This document shows positions 11,287 through 22,394 of a stretch of 64,000 nt of DNA, one piece after another. A program made the translations under genes and the position numbers. Under the pieces are notes generated by a model. The model was not told the origin of the DNA. It searched no databases and saw only the letters and a program-made list of their open reading frames with translations. Position 1 is the stretch's first letter, and every line of letters starts with the position of its first letter. Origin of the DNA: Anthoceros angustus (taxonomy: Eukaryota; Plantae; Anthocerotophyta); the NCBI GenBank assembly GCA_010909165.1, contig VJWM01000318.1, positions 1-64,000 of the forward strand, written 5' to 3'.

Positions 11287-14200
11287 ATTGGAGCATAAAG
11301 TTTGGGCAAGCTGGTTTAAGTGAGTTGTTTTTGAGTCCAGGAATTCTTTTGATAGAAATGGTTTGGTGGAAACCATGCAGTTTTTGTTCGATTGAAGCCG
11401 GGTACATGGGATCTTGTCGAAGGCGAGAGGATGCCAGGGAAAAGAAGCGGATCAAATGACCTTCTAGTGAGGAGGGTAGGAGACATATGTGAACGGTAGG
11501 AGATGTCCCTGCCGTGGTGGGAGGTATCCTACCACCGGGAGAAACTCCTACCACGGTAGGCTAAGTGGAGAGAACTCCTACCCCATAGGTATGGGTAGAG
11601 AATGTCCCACCCCGTGGTAAGCCCGGCCTAGCTAGCGTTTGATGACCTCTGGGCGTGAGGTGGCTCCTACCAGTGGGAAAAGGGTGAAGGCAATTAAGCC
11701 AAGGAAGTAGCTTGAGGTTCTTTGCGCACAAGCCGTTGATAGGCTTGGGAGGCAAAGGCACGATTATTGGGGGCCACCACCAAGTTTAAGGGGAAGGCAA
11801 AGTAATTTGCCACATGTGTGGAAGAAGTGAGACATGGTGCTCACGTTGCTGAGATTTTTGCAGGAGGACTGCTAGGTAGAGATGTGTGGCAAGGGTTGCT
11901 GCGGGAAGATGGGCCAAGTGCCCGTAATGGTGGAATTGCAGGATGCTGCTCTAGGTTGGGAGCTCGGCATGCGAGAGAGGAGCGCAAGTGCAAGGATGGA
12001 GCGAGGAGCTCATGTTCAGGTGAGCAGCCACAAGGGTTGCAAGAGGAGGCCATGGCGGTGCCGAGGCACATGGAAGTGCTCAATGGAGTCACGATGGGAG
12101 GATGGCATGATAGGGCCGTGTGTTGAACTAGGAAAGGCCATGGTAGGGCACTCACGGCGCTGAATTTGTAGATGGGCTGCAAGATGGAGGTGTGGCCAAA
12201 CCATAGGAAGGCGATGTTGCGGGTGGGCAACATGGTGAAGGGATCACAACGGTGTGCATCATGATGGCGGAATTTGCAGTGGGGCTGCAAGTCAAAGTGA
12301 AGGGAGGCCGTTGTGGTGGCCGCGAGGAGAAATGGTAGCAAGGAGGTTGATGAGATGTTGTTGAGTGTGAGGAGTTCACCGGGAATAACTCATTTTCGTT
12401 GAGTGTTGTGTAGCCAATTTGGTGTGTTGGACAATGGAAGTGTAAGAACTCAAGTTAAGCGTCCTAGGCGGATCAATGAGATGGGGCCTTTTGTGAGGTG
12501 TTATATTTGCAGTCGCATGAGAACTAATTGGGAGAGTGTTTGGGTGGTGCACCCTACGAAGTGGGTGTAGGGTGGCACTGGACGTAGGGCATGGCACTCC
12601 CTACTGCAGGGAGGGAGGTGCACCCTACGGAGCGGTGTAGGGGGCGATAGCCCTCAGAATGGAGAAGGTGTAGGGTGGTAGTGGACGTAGGGCATGGCAC
12701 TCCCTACCGTAGGGTGCGAGGTGCACCCTCGCGGAGCGTGTAGGGCGGAGGGGTCCTGACAGTTAAGGTAGTACGAGGGTAACAAGGGGACCCTACATAG
12801 GTAGGCGGGGTATGTATGTATATGGGAGGGCATGTAGGGATGGGTAGGGCGGTGCGTGTCCTCATTGTCCCTACCGATGTAGGGAACAAGTAGGGATACG
12901 ATGTAGGGAACAAGTAGGGAGACGGTAGATGGGTAGGATGTAGGGTGGCAGGGGCTCCTGGGCATTAGTTAGGTAGGTAGATAGGTAGGATGAGAGTGTC
13001 TCCCCTCACCGTAGGAGTGGGTGAGGTCTTGGGCAGCGGAGGTGGGGGACACCCTACTTGGATACAAGCGTACAAACCTAGGAAGTTGCTAAAGAGGGGG
13101 ATAGGCAAGGTTGTGGATAAATAGGATATATTAGGAATAATATAGCATAAATATGTGGGGTAGGTAGTGTAGGGTGTGGCCATGCAAGCGGGGTGTGTGA
13201 GGGTGGCACCTAGGAAGCTGTGAATTACGGGAAGAGCTTGTGCATGCAGGAAAGCTAGAGCAAGGACTTGGTGAACGCAGCCCGTGTGTGTGCAAGGAGA
13301 AGGAGGTGTGCGTGCATAAGGAGTTGTGTGAAGAGATTTGAAGCACAAGAAGAGGGCAAGGGCGCTGAATTTTTGTGCCTAGGACCTTGCAAGTGAGGGA
13401 TTTGGGCACATAAGGAGTCAGAGTGGGGACATCAAGTTTGAGCTAGGTGGGACCGTGGAGTGAAGAGGAAGTAAGTGGAAAAGGGCTGAAGTTGCTCTCT
13501 TGGTGGATTTTATGTGGCGAGTGAAGAAATCTCGCACTTGTGTGTGTAGACACCGAGGTGACAACTAGGTGGAACGCAGCATGTGGGCTGCCAAGCTTGT
13601 CTTGTTTGTCGATATTTGAAGGTACAAGATGGTGAAAGCGCACCTAAGAAGCAAGTTGGTTGCTAGGAGCCAGGGAAGAGCAGATGAGATTGCAGCAGGA
13701 GGCTAGGCATCATATGGGATCCGGTATATGGAAGGCCGAGAGGATGACTCGGAGGAGGAAGAGGAAGGCATGGAGCAAGATCCGCCACGGGAGACCTTGC
13801 AAAGTGGAGAGTGTGGAGGCGGTAGGGCCATAAGAGGTTGACCCTACGTCCGTAGGAGGTGTAGAGGGTGGCCCTACATCCGTAGGATCACCGGCGCGAC
13901 GGGCATCATGAGGCAATTGAAGGGGGTGGTAGCTTGGTGTGGGCTCATTGCTTGGGGAGACTTTCTTTAGAGGAGGACACGCTTGTCAACCCGAGAGTGT
14001 GTTGACTAGCTAGATAGGAATGTTGACAGAGCCATTAAGGCTCACATAGGTGAAGTTTGCTAGAATAGAATTTTACCCAAGATGCTTGGATGTCGAACTT
14101 AAAGTCCGACAGGATACACTAGAATAAGTGAGGCGGCCAAGAGCGCGCCTAGGAGGCTCAGTGAGGACCTCCCTATAAAAGGAGGGAGCTTGTGAAGTAA

Positions 14201-15222
14201 AATTATCGTGTCTTGCGCCTCCCTACCTCATGAGTCCTTTGCTCCTTGTGAAGGAAGTTCTGCAAGCCAACGAAGGCCCGGTAGAGAGGAGTTTGCGGCG
14301 GTGAGTGCTTGGCGGAGAGCTCGCTCCTTGCGCCTCAGTTGCTCCCCAGAATGGTGGCGTGAAATTGCTTTGCTTTGGGTGTGTGGCGATGCCCAAGGAA
14401 CTCTCGGCTTGAGGGTAGACTACAGGAAAGACTCCACGGAGGTTCTCGTCGTGCAAACTCAGCAACCGCCCAAGGAAGAACTTGTTGGCTTGTAGGCGGA
14501 CCCCGGTTGTGCCGTAAGGGCGAGCTAGGGCTGAGCTTGAAGTAAGGTTAGATTAGGAGAATGAGGAGTTGAGTTGAGGTGAGTGTTGAGGAGAATGTGG
14601 AGCTGAATGTTGAGTAGAGGTAGGTAGAGATTAGGAGTAAGAAGAAGGCCCAAGTCGAGCCTAAGGGAGGGGTCCCAAATGCACCAAACCGAGACCGGGC
14701 TGGGCTAAGGTCTCAAAATCACGGGTGGAGAAGTCGCTACCGTAGGGGTCCCTATGTGCGTGACGGTGGACCTACCGTAGGCGGGACCCGATCGAGGATG
14801 TCGTTGTAGGTCCAGAGTGGTGATTCGGCCGGGCGGCGGAGTGGCGTGCCGTCGGAGTTGGTGGTTGAGTGTGCCAATTGTGGGAAGGCGATGGGAAAGG
14901 AATAGTGGACGATCACGGGTGGTGAAGTCGCTGCAACGTAGGGGGTCCCTGCGTAGCCGCCGACCTACCGTGGGGTGTGGACCATAGTCGTAGGGTGTCG
15001 GTCTAGAAGCGGTGATTGACGGAGCGGCATGGTGAGGCGTGGTCTCTGTGGAGTGAGTTGAAGTTGCTCCAGTGTGAGGGAGGGGTGTGAAGAGGCGTGT
15101 GGTTTGTGCCTTGGATGTTGGTGACCGACAACAAGAGTCTCATGGGGCGAAACCTATTGTAGCGACATGGGATAAGTGTGGCCACTAGAGGGTGAATCTC
15201 AAGCCCCGGTTTTCCTCCCACA
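11287..15222 (+). repeat. 5' LTR of B1 (type B)
   Basis: Degenerate start (A)TTGGAGCATAAAGTTTGGG; ends TTTCCTCCCACA directly before the PBS. Confidence 0.8.
12540..13100 (+). repeat. G-rich GTAGGG / GGTGCACCCTACG / GGGAACAAGTA repeat block in type-B LTR
   Basis: Many GTAGGG units and short tandem repeats; sister block at 19750-20200 has (GGGAACAAGTA)x3 at 20059-20090. Confidence 0.7.
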
Positions 15223-15226
15223 TTTT

Positions 15227-15244
15227 TGGCGCCGTTGCCGGGGA
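15227..15244 (+). other. Primer-binding site complementary to tRNA-Asp(GUC) 3' end
   Basis: Perfect TGGCGCCGTTGCCGGGGA 4 nt after the LTR CA; this is the known Athila-type PBS. Confidence 0.92.
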
Positions 15245-15249
15245 CTCTT

Positions 15250-18200
15250 TGCTTTGGCAAGTCGGTAGTGGAAGAGGCATGAACATTGTTGAGAATCTCT
15301 AATCGGGGGATGAGAAGAAGAAGTTTTATTGCAGGCATAGAGAGGAGATCGCCCCCGCTGATTTTTGCAAGTGGTGTGAGAGTTGCATGACGTGTAGAGG
15401 AAGAAGCTGAGGAGAGAGCTCTTGCGGAGGAAGCTACATGTGCTAACATTTTCAAGGGTTCCATGAGGAAGAAGAGGTAGTTGTCTAAGAGGAGGAAGGT
15501 TGTGCTCACGGACAACAAGAGGAAGGAAGTTGTTGCCGAGGAGTTGCGATCAAGGGTGAGGGTCAAGAATTCGAGCCGTTAGTAATTTCCGAGGTACATC
15601 TTCCGCTTCGCAAGAGGAAGGACTTTTCTGATTGATTCGAGCTCTTCTAGCTTGATTTTGTCGTCATAGAGGAGGAAGGCAAGAGGGTGAGATTTGGCGG
15701 TGAGAAGTTGGGGTATGAAATCTAACGCTAATATTTCGCAAGGTCTTGATCGAATTATTGCCCAACTTGCTCCCCTTGCTTGTTAGAGGAGGAGAGGCGC
15801 TTGTGTGCCCAAGTCTGCTGTATAGTACATCCCGCTTGCAGGCAGCATTTGTTTACAGCCCGGTGTGGAATTCGCTGGGAGGTGTGCCGGTTTTGTGGAC
15901 GCCCTTGACCATGATAGGAGGAAGCAGGTGGTGGGAGTCACCACCGCCCGCCAGATGTGAGATTTGGGGAGAAGAAACGAGATCACATGTTGGTCCGGGT
16001 TGAGAACTCGCTAAGGAAGAGGGGAGTCTTTGTATGATTATGTAGAGGGATTTATGGTTACTTCAAGAGAGTACCACCACGTCCGCGGAAGTGACCTTTT
16101 CCGATAAAAGTTCGAGAAGTTCGGAGGGAATGTATGATGCTATAGAAGACGAGAAAGTCCGGTAAGATAGCAAGGATTTCTAAGTACCTAGGTGTAGAGG
16201 AGATGGTAGAGTTGAAGAAGTTGGGGAGCAACATGTGAATGAAAGTTTTATTTTTTGAAAACCGGAGAACGACTTGAGGCCAGATGGCGATTTCCGACGA
16301 GGAGTTGGTTGCCACAGCCCGGGTCAAGGGAGGACGTGAGCATGTTGTAGACAGCCTAAGAATTGATCAGCAAGACTTGTTGCCAGCAGAGAGGCCAAAT
16401 GAGCAAGAAGGGAGCGTTGTGCAGGAAAAGCTGCAGCAGGACAATCTGGAAATCCGAGAGAGGATAAGGGGGCGCTAGCATGGGCGCAAAGAGGAGGCTG
16501 AAATGATCCTCAAGGGTGAGCAGTCAGGAGGGCTGCAACTGGAGGCCATCACGATGGCAAAGAAAGCAAAGACACCAGCACCGCTCAGCAACAAGGCGCC
16601 CACTTGGCGAGGTCAGAGGCCAGGCGCCATAGGGCCGCAAGGAGGAGAAGGCCCTAGGGAGGTGGACACACCAGAGGGCGAAGGAGGAGATGCGATTCAT
16701 GAAAAGTTTGAGCAGAAATCGCAGAAGGGAGAGTTGGCATCTGTGGGCAATCACTCAAAATTCACCATGGAGGTACAGCAAGGCGAGGAGGTCGCCATGG
16801 GAGCGCAAATCTGACCTGGACATGAGGCTAGGCCAACAAGAAGGGAGGAAATCGGAACTTGGTTGGAAGGAGTCATGGGGCCGTAAAACTTGCGCATTGG
16901 CAAAGGTGGAGGAAACGGTTTTGTGAATGAGGTTGAGCATGCTGTCGTAGCAACAACGTCTAGGTTTGCTGGTAAGCGAGCTAGCAAGAGACCACAACGT
17001 TGGCAAGGATGATGGCGAAATTGCGAAGAAATCACAATTTGGAGGAAGGAGAAGTGGCACACAAAAATGGTGTCGAGGAGGTGCGCTAGAGCCTGTGGAG
17101 CGAGGATGGCTCTATGGTGATGTGTATGAAGGAGGATTGTGGAGAAATCACCTCAAGATATGCTTGCAGTGGAATTGCAAGAAGGAGCGCCGACCAATTC
17201 ACGGTCGATTGGAATTGCTGCGAAAGCAGCGTAAGGAGATTGCTACTAGATCGCGATCTAGGGCTAGACATGAGTCTAAAGGTCGGGAGATGGTGTACCA
17301 TGATGCAGTCCACGACCAGCACGGATGCTGCGCAAGTGAGGAGAAGCTAGTTGTGAGCCGAGTTGAAGGCGGGTTGTGGCCATAGCACCAACATCCACCG
17401 TGAACAAGCTAGATGGAAACAAGCAAGGCGTGGCGGCCTAGAGGTCAAGAGCAAGTCTTGATGCCGGAAAGCCAAGGATCCGTGAAGGGGTTTTGTGCAG
17501 AGATGCAACCTAATGAATTGGGGATTCCGAGCAAGGAGAAAGGGTGAGCAGTCAAGAGGGCTGCAAGTGGAGGCCACGAAGTTGGCAAAGGGAGAAGAGA
17601 AAACGGAGAAATCGCTGAGGGACTCCACATGGCGTGTGTGGGAAGAGCGTATGATGGAGCCTCGAGTAGGGACGGCTCGAGGATGGTGTGCATGGAAAGA
17701 AGCGGTGAAGAAAACCGCGATTCAAGGGGAGCTTGCGGAAAAGGAATTGGCGAATTCATGGGCGGCCAAGGAAGCCACTTTGTGGAGGTACGGCATGTCG
17801 AGAGTATTGTCGAGGGCGAGCTAGCTCGGGCCAGAGCCTAAGGTTATCATGGCGGGACCACGCTGCAAGAAGAGCAAGTTGACGACGTAGGCATGGATAC
17901 CGCAGCCGATGCAAGGAGCGGCGCACGGGTCATAATGTACATGGGGCTACAGCCCGTGTCCGCTGGGGTAGCAGGAAGTGGCAAAAGTGCATGCAAAAGA
18001 GGTTGGAGGCCATTATTTAGTGTAAATCACGGTGAAGAAAATCTTAGATGCAAGCATTGTGGGCTTACAGAGCGGAGAAAGTGACCACCAAGAAGACTCC
18101 TATTATTTAACGTATGGGATGTCTCTGATGCCTTGAATTTGAGGTACCTACCCAGATCATGGAGGATGAGCGTAAAATTGGAGAGTCGTGAAGTTAGACT

Positions 18201-18490
18201 AGAGTCTTTCATAGAGCATGAGGAATGGGAAGAGGCTTTAGAAGAAACCCAGTAATTCGTGGAGCTTAGAAAGGAGAGGCATGATGGGAATTAAAGCAAG
18301 AGGCTATCATGGCGGGATTTGGTTCTTCTATATGATATGGTTACATGGATTTCCCAGCTTAGGACCGATCGTGGTGGCAGTATGAGAATGGATCCGCAAT
18401 TACGTAGGCCGATGGGGATTTGCTACCAACTAGAGTGAATGGGTGGAAGGTTAGAAGCACCTTGAGATTCGTGTTTGAGGACGCAAACAG
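15250..18490 (+). pseudogene. pol: Deleted internal region of B1: 5' ORF/gag relic, pre-RT, RH tail, linker, integrase ends
   Basis: CCHC-like CRFCGRLDHDRRK near 15880; GKIARISKYLGVEEM joined to FxDEEL near 16230-16300 (RT-RH missing); GGHY..KKILDA joined to EKVTTKKTPYY near 18060. Confidence 0.75.
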
Positions 18491-18503
18491 TGAGGAGGGA
18501 GTA

Positions 18504-21500
18504 TGTGGAACGCAAAAGTTTGGGCAACTGGTTTAAGTGAGTTGTTTTGAACAGTCCGAATGCTTTTGATAGAAATGGTTTGGTGGAAACATGCGAGAAA
18601 TGTTTTTGTTCCGATTGAAGCCGGAGTCAGGATGTCGGGAAGGCAGAGAGGATACTTAGGGAAAAGAAACGGATCAAATGACCTTCTAGTGAGGAGGTAG
18701 GAGACATGTGAAGGTGGAGATGTCCTTGGTGGGAGGTATCCTACCACCGTAGGAGAAACTCCTACCACGGTAGGCTAAGTGGAGAACTCCTACCCCCATA
18801 GGTATGGGTAGGAGAATGTCCCACGTAGGTGGCCCAGCTAGCGTTTGATGACCCAACGTGGGTAGCTCCTACCACGGTCGGAAAAGGGTGAAGGCAATTA
18901 AGCCAAGGAAGTAGCTTGAGGTTCTGCTGCTGATAGGCTTGCAGGCAAAGGCCGATTATTGGGGCCACCACCAAGTTTGAGGGGAAGGCAAAGTAATTTG
19001 CCACACGTGTGGAAGAAGTGAGACATGGGCGGTGCTCACGTTGCTGAGATTTTGCGATGGGAGGACTGCTAGGTAGAGATGTGTGGCAAGGGTTGCTGGG
19101 AAGATGGGCCAAGTGCCGTAATGGTGGAATGCGGGATCTGCTGCGGGCTCTAGGTTGGGAGCTCGGCATGCGAGAGAGGAGCAATCGGTGCAAGGATGGG
19201 AGCGAGGAGCTCATGTTGAGGGTGAGCAGCCACAAGGGTTGCAAGAGGAGGCCATGGCGGTGAGGCACATGGAAGTGCTCAATGGAGTCACGATGGGAGG
19301 ATGGCATGATAGGGCCGTGTGTTGAACTAGGAAAGGCCATGGTAGAGCACTCACGGCTGAATTTGTAGATGGGCTGCAAGATGGAGGTGTGGCCAAACCA
19401 TAGGGCGTGTTGCGGGTGGGGTGCAACATGGTGAAGGGATCACAACGGGTGTGCATCATGATGGCGGAATTTGCGTGGGGCGCAAGTCAAAGTGAAGGGA
19501 GGCCGTTGTGGTGGCGCGAGGAGAAATGGGTAGCAAGGAGGGTTGATACGAGATGTTGTTGAGGCGTGAGGAGTTCACCGGGAATAAGTTCATTTATTCG
19601 TTGAGTGTTGTGTAGCCAATTGGTGTGTTGGACAATGAAGTAAGAACTCCAGTTAAGCGTCCTAGGGTGGATCGATCGAGATGGGGGCCTTTTGTGTGAG
19701 GTGTTATATTTATTGTCACATGAGAACTAATTGGGAGAGTGTTTGGGTGGTGCACCCCTACGGAGTAGGTGTAGGGTGGCGGGCGTAGGCATGGCACTCA
19801 CATGGGGAGGTGCACCCTCAAGGGGTGTAGGCGATAGGTGGCCCTACGAGAATGGAGAAGGTGTAGTGGTAGTGGGCGTGGGCATGGCACTCCCCTCCAT
19901 GAGGGAGGTGCACCCCTACGGGAGGTGGCGGAGGGTACGAGTTAAGGTAATGAGTGGGGTATGGGACTCATAGGTAGGCAGGTCCCTACATGTATGTATG
20001 TGGTGGGGCGGTGCGTAGGGATGGGTAGGGCGGTGCGTGTCCCACATGTGTATGTGTGGGGAACAAGTAGGGAACAAGTAGGGAACAAGTGGGGGCAGAT
20101 GGGTGGGATGGAGGTGGGGGGGGCTCCCCTGTGGTAGGTAGGTAGATAGGTAGGATGAGTGTCTCCCTCAGTAGGAGTGGTGAGGTCTCCCTCGTGGGCA
20201 GGGAGTGGTGACATACTTGGATACTTGGCGGTCAGCAGGAAGTTGCTAAGAGGGCTGCAGGCAAGGTTGTGGATAAATGGATATAAAATAATCACATAAA
20301 TATGTGGGGTGTAGTTGTGGCCATGCAAGCGGGGTGTGAGTGGCACCTAGGAAGCTGCAGTGCGAAGAGCTTGTGCATGCGGGAAAGCTAGGAGCAAGGA
20401 CTTGGTGGGAAGCAGCCCATGTGTGCAAGGAGAAGGAGGTGTGCGTGCATAAGGAGTTGTGTGTGAAGTTTGAAGCCTGTGAAGAACAAGGTGAATTTTT
20501 GTGCCTAGGACCTTGCAAGTGAGGGATTTTGGCGCATAAGGAGGTATATCGTGAGGACATCAAGTTTGAGCTAGGTGGGACTGTGGAGTGAAGAGGAAGT
20601 AAGTGGAAAAGGGCTGAAGTTGCTCTCTTGGATTTTGTGGCGAGTGAAGAAATCTCTTAATTGTGTGTAGAACCGAGGTGACAACTAGGTGGAAACGAGC
20701 ATGTGGGCCCAAGCTTGTCTTGTTTGTGCAGTTATTTTGAAGGTACAAGATGGTGGCCGCACCTAAGAAGCAAGTTGGTTGCTAGGGAGCCAGGGAAGAG
20801 GAATGCTTGAGAAGAGCGCAGGTGGAGGGGCACGGTGGGAGGAGACAGCCCAACACATCCGGTATATGGAAGGCCGTGAGGATGACTCGGAGGAGGAAGA
20901 GGAAGGCATGGAGCAAGATCCGCCACGGGAGACCTTCTTGCAAAGGTGGAGGCGTGGAGGCGGTAGGGCCATAAGAGTTGACCCTACGTCCGTAGGAGGT
21001 GTAGAGGGTGGCCCTACATCCGGATCACCAGCGGTGCGGCATCTGAGGTAATTGAAGGGGTTGGTGGTAGCTTGGTGTGGGCTCATTGCTTGGGGAGACT
21101 TTTCTTTAGAGGAGGACAGGCATTAATGCTTGTCAACCCAGAGGTGTGTTGACTAGCTAGATAGGAATGTTGTGAGCCATTAAGGCTCACATAGGTGAAG
21201 TTGCTAGAATAGAATTTTACCCAAGATGCTTGGATGTCGAACTTAAAAGTCGACAATAGGATACACTAAAATAAGAAGTGAGGCGGTGCAGAGGGCGCGG
21301 AGAGGCTGTATGTGAGGACCTCCCTATAAAGGAGGAGCTTGTGAAGTAAAATTATCGTGTCTTGCGCTCCCCTCATGAGTCCTTTGCTCCTTGTGAAGGA
21401 AGTTCGTGCCGCAAGCTACGTAATGCAGTAGAGAGGGAGTTTGCGCGTCGGAGTGCTTGGCGGGCTCGCTCCGCGCCTCTGCAGTTGCTCCTTGTGAATG

Positions 21501-22393
21501 GTTCTTTGAAATTGCTTTGCTTTGGGTGTGGCGATGCCCAAGGAACTCTCGGCTTGAGGGTAGACTACGGAAAGACTCCCAGGTTCTCACGTGCAAACTC
21601 ATAGCAACCCCCAAGGAAGAACTTGTTGGCTTGTAGGCGGACCCAGGCGATTGTGCCGTAAGGGCGAGCTAGGGCTGAGCTTGAAGTAAGGTTAGATTAG
21701 GAGGATGAGGAGTTGAGTTGAGGTGAGTGTTGAGGAGAATGTGGAGCTGAATGTTGAGTAGAGGAGTAGGTAGAGATTAGAGAGAAGAAGGCCCAAGTCG
21801 AGCCTAAGGGAGGGTCCCAAATGCACCAAACCGAGACCGGAAGCTGGGCTAAGGTCTCAAAATCACGGGGTGGAGAAGTCGCGCCCGTAGGGGTCCCATG
21901 TGCGTGGTGGACCTACCGCCAGGGGCGGGACCTCTGACCAGGATGTCGTTGTAGGTCCGGGAGTGGTGATTCGGAGGCGGTCGGAGTGGGCGTGGCTGCT
22001 GTGAGTTGGTGGTTGAGGTGTGCCAATTGTGGGAAGGCGATGGGAAAGGAATAGTGGACGATCACGGGGTGGTGAAGTCGCGTTGCAACGTGGGGGGTCC
22101 CGTGCGTGGCGTGACCCTCTTGCCGTGGGGTGTGGACCTATAGTCGTGGGGTGTCGCGTAGGTCTAGAAGCGGTGATTGACGGAGCGACATGGTGAGGCG
22201 TGGCTGCTTCATGGAGTGAGTTGAAGTTGCTCCACTGTGTGAGGGAGCTTGGGTGTGAAGAGGCGTGTGGTTTGTGCCTTGGATGTTGGTGACGACAAAC
22301 AAGAGTCTCATGGGACGAAACCTATTGTACTTAGCGACAAGGATAAGTGTGGCCACTAGAGGGTGAATCTCGGAAGCCAGGGGTTTCCTCCCA
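18504..22393 (+). repeat. 3' LTR of B1 (type B)
   Basis: GAGGAGGGAGTA|TGTGGAACGC start; ends GTTTCCTCCCA. Confidence 0.85.
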
Positions 22394-22394
22394 A

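Larger units (their letters stand above)
11287..22393 (+). mobile_element. Complete non-autonomous Gypsy element B1 (two ~3.9 kb LTRs, ~3.3 kb deleted interior)
   Basis: 5' LTR 11287-15222, PBS 15227, gag/pol relics, PPT 18492-18501, 3' LTR 18504-22393; the two LTRs are colinear; no TSD seen. Confidence 0.85.

Noticed and set aside
11841-13409. Minus-strand Pro/His/Thr-rich ORFs as real genes
   Set aside because: They are shadows of the G-rich plus strand; frames are not conserved between the two type-B LTRs.
15227-15244. tRNA gene
   Set aside because: Only 18 nt complementary to a tRNA 3' end (a PBS); no cloverleaf.
9090-22393. Tandem elements sharing a single ~1.2 kb LTR (internal-LTR-internal-LTR)
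   Set aside because: Once PPT+TGTGG after integrase is taken as the LTR start, the repeated 'internal' sequence is simply part of two long LTRs of one element.
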